A DNA stretch of 64,000 nucleotides. It comes from Eledone cirrhosa (lineage: Eukaryota). The notes below the pieces were generated by a model. It ran no database searches. It worked only from the letters and a program-made list of their open reading frames with translations, and was not told the DNA's origin. The first letter of the stretch is position 1. Every line of letters starts with the position of its first letter. Below are positions 27,724-39,668 of this stretch, piece after piece. Made by a program: the position numbers and the translations under genes. The stretch spans positions 30,814,001 to 30,878,000 of the forward strand of contig OZ024746.1 of assembly GCA_964016885.1 (NCBI GenBank), written 5' to 3'.

Positions 27724-28987
27724 ATTTCCTTATTTTATTAATTAATTGTACGCCGGAGAAATGTTTCATTTCTTGATAATTTCGTAGCATTATGTTGGTT
27801 GGGAGTTTTATTTATTTTTTTATTTTTTATTTTTTTTTTTTAGCTGTGAGGAGAAAGTTTAGCTGTGGTGGGCGAGTTTTAGTTCAGTTGGGGAGATTAA
27901 AGTTGTTAAGGAGTATTTAACTATTTTGAGACAAATGTTGATGTGTTAAGAGAGGTTTAGATGTGTTGGGAGATTCTAGCTCTACAATGCGCACCTCTCT
28001 ATTTACCACCTGGGGCATTTAGTAACATAGGATAGGTCTATGTGTACCTGGGTAATTAGTGACATAGGATAGGCCCCTAATGTGTACCTGGGTATTTAAT
28101 GATTGTAAGATTATAAGAAATTGCGTAGTATTGTTTCTTTTTTTATAGTTTAGTTAGAGACGAAAATGTAGAGTTATGTTCAGGGCCTCCAAGACTGGAG
28201 TGGGGAAGGTGGTAGTTTCTCCAAGACTGGTGTGAGGGGTGAAGGTCAGTGCCCTGACCGGTTTCGTTTCTAGCATTTCTCAGCACATATATGGTCACTC
28301 CGAAAGACAGAAATATTACACAGTTATATAAATATATTATATAGTTGACAGTTACGTGAGAGAATCTCTCAATACAGCTAACCCTCTCCCAACTCATCTA
28401 TATCTCACACAACACACCTTAAACCCTCTCGATATATCTAAAACTCTCCCCTCACGGCTAAAACAAATCCTGGTACACATTCTAGAGTTATACTCAAGTG
28501 CTGAATACTCAGGTGCTACATACCTAGGTCCATATGGTAGACCTAATCTATGTCACTAAATACCCAGGTACACATTATAGACCTATCCTATGACACTAAA
28601 TACCCAGGTACACATTATAGACCTAACCTATGTCACTAAATACCCAGGTAGTAAATACAGAGGTGCACATTGTAGAGCTAGAATCTCCCGACACATCTAA
28701 ACCACTCTTAAGACATCAACATTTGTCTCAACACAGCTAAATATCTCTTAAAACCTTTAATCTCCCCAACTGAACTAAAACATGCCCACCTCAGCTAAAT
28801 CTCCCCCACCGTATCTAAGTTTCTCCCAACAGATCTAAATCTCTCTCAACTAAATCTTTCTCCTCAGCTAAAAGAAAACAAAGTAAAAAAAAATAATAAA
28901 ACTCCCAACCAACTTAAATCTACGAAATTCTGAAAAAATGAAACATTTCTCCGCCGTACATTTAATTAATTAATAAAATTTGAAAAT

Positions 28988-29069
28988 CGACGAGGATGAG
29001 ATTCGAACTCACGCGGGGAGACCCCAATGGATTAGCAGTCCATCGCCTTAACCACTCGGCCACCTCGTC
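28988..29069 (-). tRNA. tRNA-Ser(GCT)
   Basis: Consensus 82-nt sequence. Confidence 0.95.
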
Positions 29070-30077
29070 ACTTAACGACAGCAATTAAATTATAACAATT
29101 TACTGTTAGTGACTGTATAATTAGAAGAAATTGTATGGTTTTGTCTCTTTTTGTTTTATAGTTTAGTTAGACACTAAAGTGTAGGATTATGTTCATGTTC
29201 AGGGCCTCCAAGACTGGTGTGTGGGGAATGGTGTTGGCTCTCCGGGACTGGTGTGTAGGGAATGGTGTTGGTTCTCCGAGACTGGTGTGTGGGGAATGGT
29301 GTTGGTTCTCCGAGACTGATGTGTGGGGAATGGCGTTGGTTCTCCGATACTGGTGTGTGTGTTTGAGGGATGAAGGTCAGTGTCCTGACCGGTTCGATCC
29401 TAGCATTTCTCAGCACATATATGGTCACTCCGAAAGACAGAAACACCACAAGGTTATATAAATATATTATATAGCTGAGAGTTACGTGTGAGAATCTCTC
29501 AATACAGCTAAACCTCTCCCAACTCATCTATATCTCACACAACACACCTTAAACCCTCTCGATATATGTAAAACTTTACCCTCACACCAAAACTTATCCT
29601 AGCACACATTCTAAAGTTATACTGAGGCGCTAAATACTCAGGTGCTAAGTACACAGAAGCAGATGGTTAGAGCTAACTATGTTACTAAATACCCAGGTAC
29701 ACATTATAGACCTATCCTATGTCACTAAATGCCCCAGGTGGTAAATACAGAGGTGCACATTTAGCTAGAATCTCCCAACACATCTAAACCACTCTTAAGA
29801 CATCAACATTTGTCTCATCACAGCTAAATATCTCTTAACACCTTTAATCTCCCCAACTGAACTAAAACTCGCTCACCACAGCTAAATCTCCCCCACCGTA
29901 TCTAAATTTCTCCCAAGATCTAAATCTCTCTCTACACATCTAAAACTTTCTCCTCAGCTAAAAGAAAACAAAGTAAAAAAAAATAATAAAACTCCCAACC
30001 AACTTAAATCTACGAAATTCTGTAAAAATGAAACATTTCTCCGCCGTACATGTAATTAATTAATAAAATTTGAAAAT

Positions 30078-30159
30078 CGACGAGGATGAGATTCGAACTC
30101 ACGCGGGGAGACCCCAATGGATTAGCAGTCCATCGCCTTAACCACTCGGCCACCTCGTC
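30078..30159 (-). tRNA. tRNA-Ser(GCT)
   Basis: Consensus 82-nt sequence. Confidence 0.95.
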
Positions 30160-31235
30160 ACTTACGGACGACACTTACATATTAACAATTTACTGTTAGT
30201 GACTGTATGATTAGAAGAAATTGTATTTGTTTCTTTTTGTTTTATAGTTTAGTTAAATACTGAAGTATGAGGTTCTGTCCATGTTGCGGGCTTCCAAGAC
30301 TGGTGTGTGGGTATGGGGTAGTTTCTCCAAGACTGGTGTTAGGGATGAAGGTCAGTACCGTGACCGGTTTCGATTCCTGCATTTCTCAGCACATATATGG
30401 TCACTCCGAAAGACAGGAATGTCACATTTATTAATCTTTTACATAGTTGAGACTTAAGTGAGAGAATCATACAATACAGTTAACCCTCTCTCAACACAGT
30501 TAAGCCTCTCTCAACACATCTAAATCTCCCACAACACATCTAAATATCTCACAACACATCTAAATCTCCCACAACACATCTAAATATCTCACAACACATT
30601 TAAATCTCCCACAACACAACTAAATATCTCACAACACATTTAAATCTCCCACAACACAACTAAATATCTCACAACGCATTTAAATCTCCCACAACACATC
30701 TAAATATCTCACAACACATTTAAATCTCCCACAACACAACTAAATATCTCACAACACATCTCAAACCCTTTCGATATATCTAAAACTTTCACCACATAGC
30801 TAAATGTTACCCTGGCACACATTGTGTGTTAAATACTCAGCTACACGTTGTAGGGTTAGAGATTTACACTAAATACCCTGGTACATATTGTAAGGATATA
30901 CAATGACACAAAATACCCAGGTGCACATATTGTAGGGCGCTAAATACAGAGGTGCACACAATTCCCAAGTACACTTTATAGGTTTAGCCTATGTTACTAA
31001 ATACCCGAGGACGACTATGATAAGACCTCAATGAACTTGTTCACTCTATGTCAGAGATATTATCTAATCTATTCCATCTGTGACCATCACACCTTTCATA
31101 TTGAGACAAAATAAATCTAGCCTATGGTACGTGGTTAGTTTGTGCTTTCACTGTTATCTTGCAAGTTTAATATCCACGTAGAGACACCTTCAGTTAAGTT
31201 TGTTATTAAATGAATTAAAATTAAAAATAATAAAT

Positions 31236-31318
31236 CGACGAGAATGTGATTCGAACTCACGCGGGAAACTCCCAATGGATTTAGCAGTCCATCGCCTTAA
31301 CCACTCGGCCACCTCGTC
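31236..31318 (-). tRNA. tRNA-Ser(GCT)-derived variant with 8-nt anticodon loop, possible pseudogene
   Basis: 83 nt; ATGGA-CTGCTAAA-TCCAT; variable arm GGGA-GTT-TCCC; T-stem A:A mismatch. Confidence 0.7.
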
Positions 31319-32073
31319 ACTTGTTAGCTATGCGAACATATTAACAATTTACTGTTTGTTTTATAGTTTAGTTAGAGACGGAAATGGGGAGTTATGTCCA
31401 TGTTCAGGGTAAAAAAGATTGGTATAGAGCACAGGTTCTCAACCTATTTAGGCCAAACGTCCCCTTTTGTCCCTCGAAATCACGAAACGCCCCTACACTA
31501 TTTTTCCATTTTTCAATATACTACTGATTTTGATATCTGTAGATTACTAAAAAATGTATTAACAATATTCCAAAGATACCATTGCAGGCAGCTGAGAGTA
31601 TAAATAGATTCCTTGAAAGGAAATATATAAATTTCAAAAAAAGGAACATAAATGTTCTTTTTTATGAATAAGAACCAGTTGAATTTGTTATATTTCCACC
31701 AGGTGATACCAGCGATTTTGAACATTTATACAAGAGCAACTCTATCCAAAGAAGAAAGTGGCAATTATATCATTTCAAAGCTTTACAATTTTCCCTTTAA
31801 TGAAGCAGACAAAATAAATGTTGATATCTAACTTGATGTCCCCTCTGCTTTGTGAGCTTAGAGACCACGGGGGAGGGTTTTCATGACCACGCGGGAGGGT
31901 ATATTTATTAGTAAATGGTAAAATATATACAACAAATGAGTAACTGAATTGTAGTAGATGGTTTCCAGTCCAGTCAGACTGCAACTACAAATAAAAAAAT
32001 TGTTAGTTTTCTTTGTAACAATAGCATATCTAAGTTTTCAGATAAATCAACTTACTTTAACTTTGACCTCATT

Positions 32074-33026
32074 TCAATGGGACCCTTGAACTTCATGGAG
32101 TCTAGCTAACTCTTTGACGTCAGGCTGGATTTTCGTAAGATGTAGCCGGAGATCTCCACATGTAATTACATTGTAGCGGTTGCGAGCCTTTCTGTGCAGT
32201 CTGAATTTCCTCTTGCATCCCCCAAAAAGGGGTTCACCTATTTTGGGAAATCTAATTTTGATCATGTCATCTGCTTGAAGTTCAATGAATTCTTCCTGAA
32301 ATATAACGTCCAAATCATCGACGTTAGCTATGAAGGGATCTGCTACCCACATTGGGATGTCCATCGCAAAAGGTCGACAAACCGTTCTCTCATGTCTTGT
32401 AGCGCACGGAGGTGAGCGGTATAAATTTGGAGTTGGTCATCGCTTACAATGTTTTGAACATTGGCGACACTAGGAAAATTATAGAATTCCCGTCAACAAA
32501 GATTCCTTTCGATCACATTCAATTTGACCAGGAATGTTTTCACAGCATTCCTTGCTTTAAGAAAGGTGATCTTCTTCCCCTGCAAAGCCAAAATGACGCT
32601 ATTGCATTTGTCGACGATGTCGGTGAGGTAGGCGCAGTTTTGCCTCATATCGAGGGTTTTCTTGTACAGTTCTGTGTTTCGTCCTCGCAGAAACTCAATG
32701 ATAGAGTCGAACAGTTCAAAGAAGTGAGTAAGGCACTTGCCCTTTGAAAGCCACCCCACTTCATTATGAAGGAGTAACTTGACGAACTCTTCGTCATTAT
32801 CTTGGCACAGTTGCCGGAAAATTCGTTCATTGAGGGAATGCCGTTTGATAAAATTGATGACATCAGGGGCCACCTGCAAGGACTTGCTCAGTGGCTTGCT
32901 GAGTTTCTTCACAGCCAAGTGTTGTCGATGAATGACACAATGAACAACAAATACAGATAGATTTTCTCTCTTCAGAAGAGTGCCGAAACCCTTATGTTGG
33001 CCGACCATTGCTCTTGCATGGTCCAT
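32074..33026 (-). pseudogene. hAT transposase remnant (ZBED8/SCAND3/Buster-like)
   Basis: D.A.AM.G...G...HCVIHRQHLA...LLLHNEVGWLSKGKCL..FFEL; C-terminal RNR....GDLRLHLTKIQPD...Q.SH; frameshifted and 5'-deleted. Confidence 0.85.
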
Positions 33027-33044
33027 AGCACATGATACAATGTA

Positions 33045-33430
33045 AGTTGTATTTGGTCCTAGATGTATGTATTACCTGCCTGTGTGTTGTAGGTAGTCCT
33101 AGATGTATGTATTACCTGCTTATGTATTGCATGTGGTCCTAGATGTATGTATTACTTGATTATGTGTTGTATGTGGTCCTAGATGTTTGTATTACCTGAT
33201 TATGTGTTGTATGTGGTCCTAAATGTTTGTATTACCTGCTTATGTGTTGTATGTGGTCCTAAATGTATGTATTACTTGCCTGTGTGTTGTATGTGGTCCT
33301 AGATGTGTGTGCTACCTCCTTATGTGTTGCATGTGGTCCTAGATGTGTGTATTACCTGCTTATGTGTTGTATGTGGTCCTAGATGTGTGTATCATCTTTA
33401 TTATGTGTTGTGGTCCTAGATGTGTGTGCT
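33045..33430. repeat. 40-bp minisatellite nested in the hAT element
   Basis: Unit TATGTGGTCCTAGATGTATGTATTACCTGCTTATGTGTTG, ~9 copies. Confidence 0.9.
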
Positions 33431-33479
33431 ACTCGCTCTGTGTTTTGTTTTCTTTTATTTTAATTGTAATATTATTTAT

Positions 33480-33782
33480 ACACGGAAAAAGTGAAACGAA
33501 ATTTTATTTCCCTCTCTTAGTACGGCTGTTACTTAAATATAAGTATGTACGCGTACATACATATATGTATACAGACGTACAGTAGTATGTATATATATAT
33601 ATATACATACATGCACACATATATATATGTACGTATGGATTCACCGAACATTTATTATAATGCTCGGTGTGTTTGTAAACAAACATCCCGTATTAAGCCG
33701 TAGTGTCCAGCAACCATCGTTGCTCGTTTGTTCAACACTGACAAAGGAACGCTGTACTAGTTTCAAGCTTATTAGCTATCGT
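33480..33782 (-). mobile_element. Truncated copy of the 420-bp hammerhead element (family H)
   Basis: Matches 59171-59470; breaks off inside the CTGACGA core. Confidence 0.85.
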
Positions 33783-34365
33783 ATACAATAGGAAATAAAA
33801 TAGATCTACATAGTGTTAACTCGTTACGGTTGAGTCAATAATTTCAGACATGTTATCGGTGAAGGAAAGACAAGATTCTAACTGGCTGCGCTTGAAGTGT
33901 CCTTGACCCAGTTGATTGTGGGTTTTTCCATTGTTAGGTCTCAATTGCCGGTTATTGTCTAAACACGCCTGCACACATGCTCACAGCTGCAGTCAGACTA
34001 TAGTTATACTGTCTGCATGCTCATTCAAATGCATTCACACTGGCTGTCTCAAAGACATACAAATATGGCTTTTAAAACTTACCAAAGTAAATAGCCTTCC
34101 AGTGCACTCCAAAGCTTCAAACGCTCCCCTAATGCCCCCTTGCTCCCAAACGCCCCTCTGGAGTTCCGAAACGTCCCCTGAGGGTGCATATGCGGCCCCT
34201 GGGTGTGCATATGCCCCCGTTGAGAACCTTTGGTGTAGAGGAAAGGGGGTCTTTCCTCCAAGACTGGTATGTGGGAGTGGGGTACTTCCTCCAAGACAGG
34301 TGGGTGTGTGTGGTGAAGGTATATGTACTGCATTTCTCAGTACATATACGTTCTTCCAGAAAATC

Positions 34366-34804
34366 GGATCTCTCTTCCCTTTGGAGTTTTCTCTATGATT
34401 TTTTTCGCGTGTTATCATCGAATATGACCTCGAAACCAATTGGAAACGACTAGTTTTGTAGAAAAAATGTGAAAGGGGGCTATCAATATATCTGAGCTCC
34501 TAGATGTTCGCAATCGACTTCTTTTTTCGGATTAATGTTAGGGCCAGGGTTTCCGTTTTCCGGAGAAAAAGTCAGTTGCGAGCATCTAAGAGGTCAGATT
34601 AGTTGACAGCACATGAAAAACAAAAAAAATGAAAATTATTTCCCACCATACGCGAGAGGTGTGTAGATCTGCGAAACTCCGGTGGTTTTTTCGCCCTGTT
34701 TTTTTCTACAAAGCTAGTCGTTTCCGACCCGTTTGGAGGTCATATTCGTTGACAACACGTGAAAAATAATTGTAAAGAAAACTGCGATGAAAGAGCGGGA
34801 ATCC
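34366..34804. mobile_element. Foldback/MITE-like element with nested inverted repeats
   Basis: 34399-34470 inverted vs 34699-34768; 34479-34520 inverted vs 34569-34610. Confidence 0.55.
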
Positions 34805-34960
34805 AGGGTGCGGCGTAGCTCCCCTTCCCTTCCCTCCGTTTTCATGGAAAAAAATTGGAATATAGATTAGTCTATAGCACACGAAAATTTTCACTGAAAT
34901 CAAGGGGAGTATTCGATAAATTTACCAAAGCTTTTTATTATATAAATTAAAACACTTAAT

Positions 34961-35042
34961 CGACGAGGTTGAGATTCGAACTCACGCGTAGAGACCCCAA
35001 TGGATTAGCAGTCCAACTCCTTAACCACTCGGCCACCACATC
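34961..35042 (-). pseudogene. tRNA-Ser(GCT) pseudogene
   Basis: GATGTGGTGGCCGAGTGGTTAAGGAGTTGGACTGCTAATCCATTGGGGTCTCTACGCG...; mismatches in acceptor, D, anticodon and variable stems; keeps the array-type upstream flank. Confidence 0.8.
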
Positions 35043-35403
35043 ACTAGTAAACAAAGCCAACATATTAATAATTTTAATTTACTGTTTAATTTATGATAGT
35101 AGGATTAGAAGAAATTGTGTGGTATTGTTTCTTTTTGTTTTATAATTTAGTTAGAGACGGAAGTGAAGGGTTATGTCCATGTTCAGGGCCTCAAAAACTG
35201 TTTGGGGGAGAGTGCAGTGCCTTGACTATTTTTTAGGATAATCAAGACTAATTTGGGTGGGGATGGGTGAAGTAAGCTGTGGGTCCAAGACTGGTGTGAT
35301 GAATAATGGTAGGGTCCTCTCCATTCTTAGTGACTCGAAGACTGTTGTGGGGAGGTAGGGTACGGTCCTACTACTACAACTAATTGTCTGTTATTGTTTA
35401 GAG

Positions 35404-37428
35404 CAGGGGTCACCAAACTACGGCCGGCGGGCCGGATCAGGCCCGCGGCGTCAGTTCATCAGAGTACAATCTTAGGCGTCACTATGAAACAAAACATCTC
35501 TCAACATATTCAAAGTTTTCTGGAAAGTTACGCTCTGAGAAATATGAGTCCATGAAACGTGGTTTAGAAACTCAAAGAAATCTCTTCACGAGAAAGTTTG
35601 CTGAAAATGAATCTGTCACTCGTACAAGTTACAAAATAGTGCATAAGTTGGCAGAACGAGGAAAACCGTTTACTGATGGCAACTTCATCAAAGAGTGTAT
35701 GATAGAAGCAGCAAATGACTTGTGTCCTGAGAAAGCCGATTTGTTTGGAAGTATCAGCCTTTCGGCAAGTTCAGTTGTGCGGAGAACAGAAGAACTTGGA
35801 GAGAACATAGTGCTACAGATACGCGAGAAAGCTAGGAACTTGTGGTATTCTCTGGCGCTGGATGAGTCTACTGATCTCTCGAGTACGTCACAACCTCTCG
35901 TGTTCATTCGTGGTGTCAATTTGGACTTTCAGATAACGGAAGAGTTGGCATCCATTTCCTGCATGCATGGAACAACCACTGGAAAAGACATTTTCATGGA
36001 AGTGCAGAAAACTTTGCAAGACTATAACCTTCAGTGGAATCAGATTCGAGGTGTTACAGTTGATGGAGGAAAAAACATGGCTGGAGTGAGGATGGGTCTG
36101 GTCGGGCAGATCAGGACTCAGTTGGAAGATTTGCAAATTTCGGGCGCTCTGTTCATATACTGTATCATACAACAGCAAGCGCTCTGTGGAAAAGACTTGG
36201 ATATTTCTTGTGTACTGAAACCAGTCGTTTCTGCTGTGAACTTCATTCGGGGACATGCACTCAATCACCGTCAGTTACAGGCTTTTCTTGAAGAAATTGA
36301 TTCTGATTTCTGTGACTTGCCTTATCACACAGCAGTGAGGTGGTTCAGCTGTGGTAAAGTCCTGTTTCGTTTTTACAAGCTCCGAAACGAAATAGATGTT
36401 TTTCTCACTGAAAAAGATAGAGCTGATCCACAGCTGTCAGATCCTACCTGGCTGTCAAAGTTGTCATTTTTGGTCGACATCACATCCTACATGAATGAAC
36501 TGAACTTGAAACTTCAGCGAAAGGATAACCTCGTCTGTGATCTCTACAGAATCATCAAAGGATTTCGGAGAAAGCTGTCATTGTTTGAAGCACAAGTGGA
36601 ATGACAAAACTTCACTCATTTTCACTGTTTCAAAGAGTTTTGTGCTACAATTGCTGAAGATGTCACCTCGATTCTCCTAAAAAGATTATTCGTGACTTGA
36701 AGAAGCATTTTTTGGAGAGATTTTTAGATCTCGACAGAATTGAGAGCGACATTCTTCTGTTCCAGAATCCGTTCGATTGTAACCTTGATGATGTGCCAGT
36801 TGAACTACAGTTGGAGCTCATTGATTTGAAAGCAAATGACTTGTTGAAAGAGAAGCACAGAGAAGAAAAACTTACCTTCTTACGCTTCTTACCTGATGTT
36901 GAGTTTCCGAAATTGAAAAAATTTGCCGCTGGTATGGCATCATTGTTTGGAACAACTTATGTCTGTGAGCAAACATTTTCAAAAATGAAGTATGTGAAGT
37001 CAACACATCGAACGAGATTGACTGATGAACATTTGAAAGCAATTCTCTTGATTGGATGCAGCAATTCCAAACTAAACATTGATGATATCTTGAAAGCCAA
37101 ACGCCAGTTTCACAAATCTCACTAACCTTTTTTGCTGCTTAGTTTGTAAGATTCGGATATGTGCACACTAGGTCTGATATAACTATATTTTTGCTAACGT
37201 CGCCTTCTTTGATAACTTTTTAGTAAATAAATATGTTGGTTGTCTTTGTTTTTTGTGCATTGCACGCCACTCACCCATGATTAACATGGAATGCTTAAAC
37301 GTAGTGTTTCGTCTTTTCCCCAGAGCTTTCGTTCTGGCTTGCAAGTATTGAACAGAATGATCATGCGGCCCGCGCTCGTCATTCTTTCAGTTAACCGGCC
37401 CACTGTGAAAAAAGTTTGGTGACCCCTG
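35404..37428 (+). mobile_element. hAT (Charlie/Buster, GTF2IRD2/EPM2AIP1-like) transposon, internally deleted
   Basis: Perfect 16-bp TIRs CAGGGGTCACCAAACT / AGTTTGGTGACCCCTG; perfect TSD GTTTAGAG (35396-35403, 37429-37436). Confidence 0.95.
35460..37125 (+). pseudogene. hAT transposase pseudogene (stop at 36602-36604 plus frameshift; N-terminus missing)
   Basis: SLALDESTD (D1), VTVDGGKNMAG (D2), YCIIQQQALC (CxxH mutated), HTAVRW, FGTTYVCEQTFSKMK...R.RLTD (E and dimerisation domain). Confidence 0.9.
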
Positions 37429-38200
37429 GTTTAGAGTGAGTATATTTTCAGCCAATAATGGTCCAGATATTTTGTAGGACACAATCCACTTCCCATTTAT
37501 CACTCCCCTAATATTCCTTATAATATCTCACCCTTCCTCACCCTTATCTCTATTGATTTATCTACCGTATCCTTTTCTCCCTCATCCATCTCTTCCTCCT
37601 AATCTTCAACGTTTTACATTCTCCCTCCTCCTTCCTCTTTATTTCTTCCTCAACATATGTCTTTCTATCTAAAATACTATTCTCCATATACTCTCTTTTT
37701 TCTTTTCTTTCATGTATTTCTTCTTCTTCTCTTTCCTTTTTTCACTTTTTTCTTTCTTTCTCTTTTTTCCTTTAATTTTTGCTTACTTACCCTCTAAATA
37801 TCTCTATATGTGAAAAAGTTCTTATTCCACTTTAAAAATGTGTTGTGTCTACATATAATCTTTTAAGTAGTTGGATTCGATTTAATTTGGTTGAATGCGT
37901 CAAATATTAGCGATCCTTGACTGATTATGTAACACATACAAAGAAACACATGTCAGTATTATACAATAAATGATCTCACTCTTCTGGAATGTAGTGTTTT
38001 ACATAATAATTTTTGTAAATTTTTATATATACTCCGTAAATTGTTACATCTGAAACCTATTGTGGAACTACCACAGGATTTACCAAACGAAATGATTCGA
38101 CACCGTTGAGGGTAAAACACTACTGTAAGGGGCTTCAGTTTCTTGTTACATAACCACTCTTAAATAATTGATTACACTAACGAAAAAAAAAGACTACTAT

Positions 38201-38374
<174 letters not shown>

Positions 38375-38391
38375 ATATATTTATTTATATT

Positions 38392-38422
<31 letters not shown>

Positions 38423-38425
38423 ATT

Positions 38426-38460
<35 letters not shown>

Positions 38461-38477
38461 ATATATTTATTTATATT

Positions 38478-38508
<31 letters not shown>

Positions 38509-38745
38509 ATATTTATATATATTTATATATATATATTTATATATATATTTATATATATATATATATATATATAGATATAGATAGGTAAATATACACGGGT
38601 GTGTATGATTGTGTATAGAAGATTATATTAATAAGAGGAATTCCAACTTTGTCTGATTTACTCGTTTTATTTACAATCCTTTAAAATATATATAATGGTA
38701 TTATAATGAAATAGTATGATAGAATATTAAATTCTAAGTGTTAAT

Positions 38746-38784
38746 TGAACAAGTACTTTCATGCTTTCGCAATCTTCAGGTTCA
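38746..38784 (-). ncRNA. Minimal type I hammerhead ribozyme in the Penelope pseudo-LTR
   Basis: tgaac-CTGAAGA-ttgc gaaa gcat-GAAA-gtac-TT-gttca; helix I tgaac/gttca; palindromic GTAC in helix III. Confidence 0.8.
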
Positions 38785-39160
38785 TGATATGTGGTGACAG
38801 TCGAGTTTGCAATTTTCAACTGTAATGAGATGGGTAAATTTCCTACCTTTTATACATTTTATACAGAGAAAAGTGGCTCCAGAATGCAAAGCCCTGTAAA
38901 CTGTATTTCGACCAATCAGTGTGTAGTTTCACCGAATTACTACAGCTGATTGGTTTAAGCGTCACGGCTGGTTGAGCATGCTCACGACCAATAGTCATAT
39001 CCAACGTATCAATTGTTTTGCTTTTTTTGAAATGATGAAAATAGCATTTTCTATTAATCATCACCATCAACATCACTTTTATTATTATTATTATTGTTGT
39101 TGTTGTTGTTGTTAGTGGTCGTGGTCATAGTGGTAGTAGAAGTAATGCCCCTAGGCGTTA

Positions 39161-39650
39161 TTATTGTTCATTTAGCTTGGGTTTGAATTTATCAATAAAA
39201 TTCTTTTCTTTGATTTTTCTCTTGATTTCACTTGGGCTGTGTAATTTGTAGAATGGGAATATTATAAATATTCCCTGACCACATGTTGCCAGGTGGCCGC
39301 TTAGGGGTATCTGACGGACATTTGGGTCTCTGATTTGTTGACGGTGTACCCGTGCACGTCCCGATAGTGCATTTCCAGTTTGACCGACATATAGTTCTTC
39401 ACAATTCGGGCATTTAATGCAGTAAATTAGATTTCTGCTTTTGCAGTTCATATTTGCATTTGGGAATATTTTTCCAGTTTTTGTTTTCATATATTGACCG
39501 GCGTGTATGGATTGACATGTGCCGCATCGATTATCATTGCATTTAGATACAGTGAATGATTGGTCTTTGTTGTTAAGGTCAAACTTTGCTTTTGTTAGCA
39601 ATTGCTTCAAATTTTTTTGGCTGTCTTTTACTAAAAGTCAAAGATCGATC
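39161..39650 (-). pseudogene. Penelope GIY-YIG endonuclease C-terminal fragment
   Basis: KC...RCGTC...CKSRNLIYCIKCPNCEELYVGQTG..LS.R.RVHRQQI...H...E..FI.KFKPKLN*. Confidence 0.9.
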
Positions 39651-39668
39651 TGTGATTAAGCCTTTTAA

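Larger units (their letters stand above)
15870..31420. repeat. tRNA-Ser gene array: ~1.09-kb monomers and ~3.22-3.26-kb higher-order repeats with inverted modules
   Basis: Plus-strand tRNAs at 17906/21166/24386/27642 (periods 3260, 3220, 3256); minus-strand at 20025/23285/26505; monomer period 1090 (28988 to 30078); internal 40-bp minisatellite TACCCAGGTACACATTATAGACCTATCCTATGTCACTAAA varies in copy number. Confidence 0.95.
31430..34232 (-). mobile_element. Decayed hAT (Buster/Charlie-like) transposon with nested insertions
   Basis: TIRs CACAGGTTCTCAAC / GTTGAGAACCTTTG; TSD GTATAGAG vs GTGTAGAG; interrupts the tRNA upstream module. Confidence 0.85.

Noticed and set aside
17042-29527. Recurrent 60-117 aa ORF 'MSWERFSCIERFSHVTL...'
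   Set aside because: It recurs only because the tRNA spacer is repeated; stops and frames vary among copies and no domain is recognisable.
35552-36604. 350-aa ORF as a domesticated gene (GTF2IRD2/ZBED-like)
   Set aside because: It lies between intact TIRs and TSDs and has a premature stop, a frameshift and a mutated CxxH, so it is a transposon relic.
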